Under the pieces are notes generated by a model. It did no database searches, was not told where the DNA came from, and worked only from the letters and a program-made list of their open reading frames with translations. This document shows, piece by piece, positions 58,533 to 64,000 of a stretch of DNA of 64,000 nucleotides. The translations under genes and the position numbers were made by a program. Origin of the DNA: Micavibrio sp. Its GTDB lineage: Bacteria > Pseudomonadota > Alphaproteobacteria > Micavibrionales > Micavibrionaceae. Position 1 is the first letter of the stretch; each line of letters begins with the position of its first letter. The stretch spans positions 1,254-65,253 of the forward strand of contig JAHQVU010000034.1 in NCBI GenBank assembly GCA_019634145.1, read 5' to 3'.

Positions 58533-60209
58533 TCAAACTTTCACAACATGCACATTTGTACTGGGTTTAATGCCCAGCACATGCTGACACAAACGGCGAA
58601 TACCAATGCGTATTTCTTCGCTGACAAAATCCTCGTCTTTACGATTTTTAGAAGAAACCTCATCGAGCAAATCAAGTATTTCGTCATGGATTTGATCTTC
58701 GAATTTAAGCTCCTCTTCATGACTCTGATCAATAAGACCAATCGTATTGAACTGAGGGTCAGCCAACAAATCTCCACGATCATCCATTACAAGCGTCACG
58801 TGAATAGCCCCGGTATATTGCAACTTTCTACGCTCATGAATTGACCCATGCGAAGCAGGAATGACCCGCTTTTGATCCACCGCCAAAAGGTCAGTCGATA
58901 TATGGTCAATAATTTCTGCCTTTTTCGGGGCAAGTTTAATTATGGCCCCATTAGAAGGTACGATAACATTCTTAACCTGACATTGGCGGGCAAAGGCTGC
59001 ATGCGCATCCAGCTGCATACGTTCACCATGAACAGGCACAACAATCTCGGGCTTGATCCACTGGAACATCTGCGCAATTTCCTCACGACATGGGTGACCC
59101 GAAACATGAATTTTATTAGCCGTATCACGGGGCGTGATCACACTAATCCCGCCCGCACTCAAATTATTCTTCACATGATTAATGCTAATCTCATTGCCGG
59201 GAATGGCGCGGGCCGAGAAAATCACCGTATCACCGCGCTGCAGCTTAAAATTACGAAATTCCCCACGCGCAATTTTTGCAAGCGCTGCGCGGTATTCTCC
59301 TTGTGACCCAGTCAAAATGACCAGCAATTTATCATGCGGAATAGAATCTATATCACCCTCAGAAATAAAAGGCGGCAAACCGCTCATCATTCCTAAATCC
59401 GCAGCTGTCCCGATCATACGGTGAAGCGAGCGACCAATCACCGCAACACTCCGCCCACAAGCTTCAGCGGCCTTAACAATACTAATCACACGCCCAATAT
59501 TAGATGAAAAGATAGTGACCGCAATGCGCCCTTTATGCTGACGAAACTCAGCCTCAAGCCCTATCTCAACATCACTTTCAGACCCAGAATACCCATCGAC
59601 TTCCGCATTAGTCGAATCCCCGACATAGGCAAGTACACCTTTCTTGCCATAGCCGATCAATGTCTTGCTGTCTGTTGGCTCGTTCATAACAGGGGTCGGG
59701 TCAAGATTCCAATCCCCGCTATGCATTACACGACCATAAGGTGTTTCGATCATTAGAGCGCAGGCTTGCGGCACAGAATGGGTCACATGCACAAAATGAA
59801 CCTTATATGCACCAATTTGCACCACATCACCTACATTAGCGACATTCACTTTAACGCGCTTATGACCTTGCTCTTCAAGCTTCTTTTCCAAAATAGCAGC
59901 CGTAAATGGCGATGCATAAAGCGGCGCTTTCATTCTATCCCACAAATGCGCAATCGCCCCGATATGATCTTCATGAGCATGCGTAATAATGGTACCGATG
60001 TGGGCTTCTTTATTATCATCGATGAAAGAAGGATCTGGCAAAAGCAGATCAATCCCCGGATAGCGTTCATCCGCAAAGCCAATACCGCAATCAATGGCCA
60101 ACATCTCACCATCACAAACATACGTATTTAGATTTACGCCAAATTGCTCGCTTCCCCCAAGCGGTACAAAATACAGCCCCTTCTCTTCGAATATATTCTT
60201 ACTCATCAT
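58533..60209 (-). CDS. rnj: Ribonuclease J (metallo-beta-lactamase / beta-CASP)
   Basis: 558 aa with the HAHEDHIG motif, a beta-CASP region and a C-terminal domain. Confidence 0.92.
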   Translation of the reverse strand: MMSKNIFEEKGLYFVPLGGSEQFGVNLNTYVCDGEMLAIDCGIGFADERYPGIDLLLPDPSFIDDNKEAHIGTIITHAHEDHIGAIAHLWDRMKAPLYASPFTAAILEKKLEEQGHKRVKVNVANVGDVVQIGAYKVHFVHVTHSVPQACALMIETPYGRVMHSGDWNLDPTPVMNEPTDSKTLIGYGKKGVLAYVGDSTNAEVDGYSGSESDVEIGLEAEFRQHKGRIAVTIFSSNIGRVISIVKAAEACGRSVAVIGRSLHRMIGTAADLGMMSGLPPFISEGDIDSIPHDKLLVILTGSQGEYRAALAKIARGEFRNFKLQRGDTVIFSARAIPGNEISINHVKNNLSAGGISVITPRDTANKIHVSGHPCREEIAQMFQWIKPEIVVPVHGERMQLDAHAAFARQCQVKNVIVPSNGAIIKLAPKKAEIIDHISTDLLAVDQKRVIPASHGSIHERRKLQYTGAIHVTLVMDDRGDLLADPQFNTIGLIDQSHEEELKFEDQIHDEILDLLDEVSSKNRKDEDFVSEEIRIGIRRLCQHVLGIKPSTNVHVVKV

Positions 60210-60985
60210 TTAACTTTCATATTCTTAAAAATTTCATACAGCCCTTTAAGGGTCAGTTGTTCATCAACACTATCAATCGCAGCGATATTTTCGGAAAAAA
60301 GTCCTGCTAATCCGCCCGTAGCCAAAACATAAGGCTTATCACCTAACTCTTTTTCTATGCGCTCAAGAACACCATCGATCATACTCACATAGCCCCAGAA
60401 AAGTCCGGATTTCATCGCTTGAACAGTCGTTTTCCCAATTACGCGATCAACTTTTTCTATATTCACCTTGGGCAATTTTGACGCGGCGCTATGAAGTGCA
60501 TTCAGCGATAAATTAACACCTGGCGCAATAACACCGCCGATATACGCACCCTCCGCGTCCACTACATCAAATGTAGTCGCTGTTCCAAAATCAATAACAA
60601 CCGCAGGCATTGAATACTCAGCAACAACAGCCATCGCATTGACCAAACGATCCGCCCCTACATCTTCGGGACGTTCAAGGTCTATTCTAACATCAACCAT
60701 ATCCTTTGTGACATAAGTAGGCTCACACCCTAGTTGCTTAGAGCAAAATCGTCCGAGCGAGAACTCGGTTTCAGGCACGACCGAGCTGATAATAACATCC
60801 GAAATAGACGCTAAACTCACACCTGAAAGCTCGAACATACGACTTAAGAAAACCGCATACTCATCACTACTGCGCGCTGGTTCAGTTCTTAGACGCCAAT
60901 TATTAACCAGCTGCTCAGCATCATAAACGGCAAACACCGTATTCGTATTTCCGACATCAATCGCCAGTAACATCAGCGTTTTCAA
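60206..60985 (-). CDS. coaX: Type III pantothenate kinase
   Basis: 259 aa (LLAIDVGNTNTVF, DFGTATTFD). It overlaps rnj by 4 nt. Confidence 0.94.
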   Translation of the reverse strand: MKTLMLLAIDVGNTNTVFAVYDAEQLVNNWRLRTEPARSSDEYAVFLSRMFELSGVSLASISDVIISSVVPETEFSLGRFCSKQLGCEPTYVTKDMVDVRIDLERPEDVGADRLVNAMAVVAEYSMPAVVIDFGTATTFDVVDAEGAYIGGVIAPGVNLSLNALHSAASKLPKVNIEKVDRVIGKTTVQAMKSGLFWGYVSMIDGVLERIEKELGDKPYVLATGGLAGLFSENIAAIDSVDEQLTLKGLYEIFKNMKVK

Positions 60986-61697
60986 CTCCTAAAAAAACAT
61001 CTCCAGACGTGATGGTTTTGAACCCTTCTTCACCTAAACACAAGCTTAAATTACCAAAAGCGTCAATATCCCTATACCGCCCGCTAATTATTTGCCCGCC
61101 CAATTTAACGCTCATCTCATCACCAACTTTATGCGCGGCCTCTTTCCATTGATCTAAAACGAGCTGTGCCTCGCCGCTCTTATATAGCGCATATAACGCG
61201 GCAACCTCGTTCAAAAAAGCATCTCTAAAATCATTGGGATCTATTTTACCATCAGCATATGAGGCAAAATTGGATGCAATATCAATCGGCGATGAATTGA
61301 GATTTACGCCGATCCCAACATAAAGCCTATCAATCACACCGCCCCTTAAAAGCTCGCTTTCAATTAAAATGCCCGCACATTTACGCCCATCCAAAAGCAA
61401 ATCATTAGGCCATTTTAGCATTAATAGCGCGTTATCAACATACTTAGCAGCCGTGCGATAGCACGCGAGACCACACATGAGAGATAAAACACCAATATCT
61501 TCAACCCTACCCATGGGGGTTAGCATAAATGATAAAGCAAGATTACCTTCGGCTGAAAACCAACTCCTGCCGTGACGCCCCCGACCGTTTTCTTGACGAA
61601 GGGCTTGAATGCCCTTACCTTCAGCAATATCCGCTAATGATTTTAAGTGATCTTGTGTGCTTGAAGTGGATGAGACAATCTCAATATCCCAGTTCAC
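60957..61697 (-). CDS. birA: Biotin--[acetyl-CoA-carboxylase] ligase (no N-terminal HTH)
   Basis: 246 aa with the GRGRHGRSW motif and KWPNDLL. Confidence 0.92.
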   Translation of the reverse strand: MNWDIEIVSSTSSTQDHLKSLADIAEGKGIQALRQENGRGRHGRSWFSAEGNLALSFMLTPMGRVEDIGVLSLMCGLACYRTAAKYVDNALLMLKWPNDLLLDGRKCAGILIESELLRGGVIDRLYVGIGVNLNSSPIDIASNFASYADGKIDPNDFRDAFLNEVAALYALYKSGEAQLVLDQWKEAAHKVGDEMSVKLGGQIISGRYRDIDAFGNLSLCLGEEGFKTITSGDVFLGVENADVTGD

Positions 61698-61706
61698 TGA
61701 TACACC

Positions 61707-63149
61707 CTATTCCGTGAATAGCGCGGATGCAGCATTTACCGAGTTTTCAACAAATACAGCTGGCTTAAATATAAAGGCCACCGCGAAAAGAACACTCACG
61801 AATAAAATTATTCTTCGTGCCAAAGGAATACCACCATCAAATGCATCGGCTGCCTCGTCAAAGAACATAACCTTAACAATTTTCAAATAATAAAAGGCAG
61901 CAACAACGGACGTCACAACACCAACAGTAGCCAGAATGTAATACCCCTGATCAACAGCGGCATTAAACACCAGCAGCTTACCAAAGAACCCGGCCATTGG
62001 AGGAATACCGGCCATTGAAAACATTAAGATCAACATAGCATAGGCCATTGCAGGAGCCGTTTTCGACAATCCGGCCAAATCTTCGATTTTTGTGAAGGCC
62101 CTACCACCGCGACGCATTGAAATCAAAATCGCAAATACACCGGCTGTAGCGATCATATATATGAACATATACAGCACAACAGAGCCAGCGCCTTCAGGTG
62201 TCGCAGCAACCAAGCCAATCAACGCATAACCAATATTTGCAATAGAGCCATAGGCGAGTAGTCGCTTAATATCAGTTTGTACAAGTGCGGCAAAAGCACC
62301 AACAATCATTGAAAGCAGTGATAGGAAATAAATAATTTGAATCCACTGCTCAGTGGCCGCGTCAAACGGTACGAACAGCAAACGCATAAGTAACCCAATC
62401 GCCGCAAGCTTAGGTACCATGGCAAAAAATGCAGTGACCGAACTAGGCGCACCTTCATAAACATCGGGCGTCCACATATGAAATGGCGCGGCAGAAATCT
62501 TAAACGCAAGACCGGCAAGAATGAACACCATCCCGAAGGTGATACCGACAGGAATGCTCTCCATTCCGTCTAATGCATTACCGAGCATTGAGTAATCAAG
62601 AGTTCCAGAAAAACCATAAATGAGTGAAATTCCGAACAGTAGCAGCCCAGAAGATAGCGCTCCCAGTAGGAAGTACTTTATCCCTGCTTCTGCACTCTTA
62701 CGGGAGTTGCGATAAAACGCCGCCAGCACATACAGGCTCAAAGATTGCAGCTCAAGCCCCATATATAAAGTTAGAAAGTTGTTTGCGGAAACCATAATCA
62801 TCATGCCCAAACCAGCAAAAAGAATAAGGATAGGGTATTCAAACCTCTCCATACCCTCTTGCTTTATAAAGCGCACTGATAATGCAATCGAGATAATAAG
62901 CCCAAGCAAAATCATAAGCTTTAAAAGCCCTGCAAACTTATCAAATGTAAACATACCGCTCATGACAAATGTCTGCTGCCAGTCCAGGCCCATCAGCAAG
63001 AGCGCAGCAATACCAAGACCGGCCGCCGCAGCCCATGAAACAACCCGCGTTGAATCATTGCCGTTAAACACACCAACAATTAGCAGCCCCATGGCGATGA
63101 TAGCCATAAAGATTTCAGGGATTAGAGGAATTAAATTGAAATCCAGCAT
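61707..63149 (-). CDS. nuoN: NADH-quinone oxidoreductase subunit N
   Basis: 480 aa, polytopic and antiporter-like (PFHMWTPDVYEGAP). It lies downstream of nuoM. Confidence 0.95.
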   Translation of the reverse strand: MLDFNLIPLIPEIFMAIIAMGLLIVGVFNGNDSTRVVSWAAAAGLGIAALLLMGLDWQQTFVMSGMFTFDKFAGLLKLMILLGLIISIALSVRFIKQEGMERFEYPILILFAGLGMMIMVSANNFLTLYMGLELQSLSLYVLAAFYRNSRKSAEAGIKYFLLGALSSGLLLFGISLIYGFSGTLDYSMLGNALDGMESIPVGITFGMVFILAGLAFKISAAPFHMWTPDVYEGAPSSVTAFFAMVPKLAAIGLLMRLLFVPFDAATEQWIQIIYFLSLLSMIVGAFAALVQTDIKRLLAYGSIANIGYALIGLVAATPEGAGSVVLYMFIYMIATAGVFAILISMRRGGRAFTKIEDLAGLSKTAPAMAYAMLILMFSMAGIPPMAGFFGKLLVFNAAVDQGYYILATVGVVTSVVAAFYYLKIVKVMFFDEAADAFDGGIPLARRIILFVSVLFAVAFIFKPAVFVENSVNAASALFTE

Positions 63150-63151
63150 CT

Positions 63152-64000
63152 CTATTCTTGTCCTATATTCTCGGCATCATGTATTTGCCCATTTAATTTG
63201 TCATTATATTCCGCAATAAGTCTTTCAACGGATGGGCTAATTTTATTCATGACCTGATTTGGAAACACCCCAAACCACAAAACCATCGCAACGAGCGGGA
63301 TGAGCAACCACATCTCTCTGCTATTTAAATCAGGCATAGAAAGCGCGTCATGGTGCTCTCGGGGGCCAAATACAACACGGCGATAAAGCATGAGCATATA
63401 TGCAGCGCCGAGAATAACACCCGTAGCAGCCAATGCCGCAATCAATGTATTGCTCTGAAACGCACCTAGCAGGACAAGAAACTCACCAACGAAACCGGAT
63501 GTACCCGGCAAACCGACAGAGCCAAGCATTAGAATCATAAAGACAGTCGCATATTTCGGCATATTCTGGACAATTCCACCATAACGTGAAATTTCACGCG
63601 TATGAAGACGGTCATAAACCACACCAACACAAAGGAACAATGCACCAGAAATAATACCGTGGCTCAGCATTTGAAAGATCGCCCCTTCAACACCTTGCTG
63701 AGTAATCGTGAAAATACCAAGCGTTACAAAGCCCATATGCGCCACAGATGAATAAGCAATAAGCTTCTTCATATCATCCTGCACAAGCGCAATCAGCGAT
63801 GTATAGATAATGGCAATCACGCTCAAAATATAGACAAAATCCGTAAAATAAGCCGTCGCATCAGGCAGCATAGGAATTGAAAAACGTAAAAAACCATAGC
63901 CCCCCATCTTCAACAAAACCCCTGCAAGAATAACCGATCCCGCGGTCGGCGCTTCAACATGCGCATCAGGAAGCCACGTATGTACCGGCCACATCGGCAT
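63152..64000 (-). CDS. nuoM: NADH-quinone oxidoreductase subunit M (5' part lies outside the window)
   Basis: The ORF runs off the window end. [19 protein letters not shown] is typical of the middle of NuoM. Confidence 0.93.
   Translation of the reverse strand: MPMWPVHTWLPDAHVEAPTAGSVILAGVLLKMGGYGFLRFSIPMLPDATAYFTDFVYILSVIAIIYTSLIALVQDDMKKLIAYSSVAHMGFVTLGIFTITQQGVEGAIFQMLSHGIISGALFLCVGVVYDRLHTREISRYGGIVQNMPKYATVFMILMLGSVGLPGTSGFVGEFLVLLGAFQSNTLIAALAATGVILGAAYMLMLYRRVVFGPREHHDALSMPDLNSREMWLLIPLVAMVLWFGVFPNQVMNKISPSVERLIAEYNDKLNGQIHDAENIGQE

Overview
This 64-kb window looks like a chromosomal segment of a moderately AT-rich alphaproteobacterium. The taxon is inferred from gene order and from LpxI, a lipoyl-bearing PDH E1-beta and a GAAC-N7-GAAC SOS box. 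I call about 60 protein genes, nearly all core housekeeping, in long conserved blocks. On the minus strand: lipA-ratA; icd-ldt; pdhA-pdhB-pdhC-(inserts)-lpdA; ftsB; eno; kdsA; pyrG-secG-tpiA. On the plus strand: yfgM-like-bamB; ppiD-trpE; trpG-trpD-trpC; lexA; gltX; gltA. The rest of the minus strand carries comEC, then the envelope/translation supercluster rpsB-tsf-pyrH-frr-uppS-cdsA-dxr-rseP-bamA-skp-lpxD-fabZ-lpxA-lpxI-lpxB, then dnaE, lolD-(EamA-like)-lolCE-proS, DUF1467, rnj-coaX-birA-nuoN-nuoM. I saw no rRNA, tRNA, CRISPR array, transposase, integrase or prophage genes. The most unusual locus is 7675-10969. There, a LOG/SLOG-fold protein, a 2-TM protein, a mini-lipoprotein ORF broken by an in-frame TAA, and an AT-rich 1-TM orphan sit between and after pdhC and lpdA, joined by overlapping stop/start codons. 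This is a candidate nucleotide-sensing or nucleotide-processing plus membrane-partner module, but the function is only inferred. Other points of interest: an EamA-like 5-TM gene embedded in the lolCE-lolD operon; a divergent Gfo/Idh/MocA oxidoreductase with an apparently leaderless promoter between dnaE and rpsB; a Thermus/archaeal-type ProRS in an alphaproteobacterial syntenic slot; a REP-like nested palindrome; a canonical SOS box at lexA; and several AT-rich orphan genes inside conserved operons. All calls come from reading the sequence and the ORF track, with no database search.
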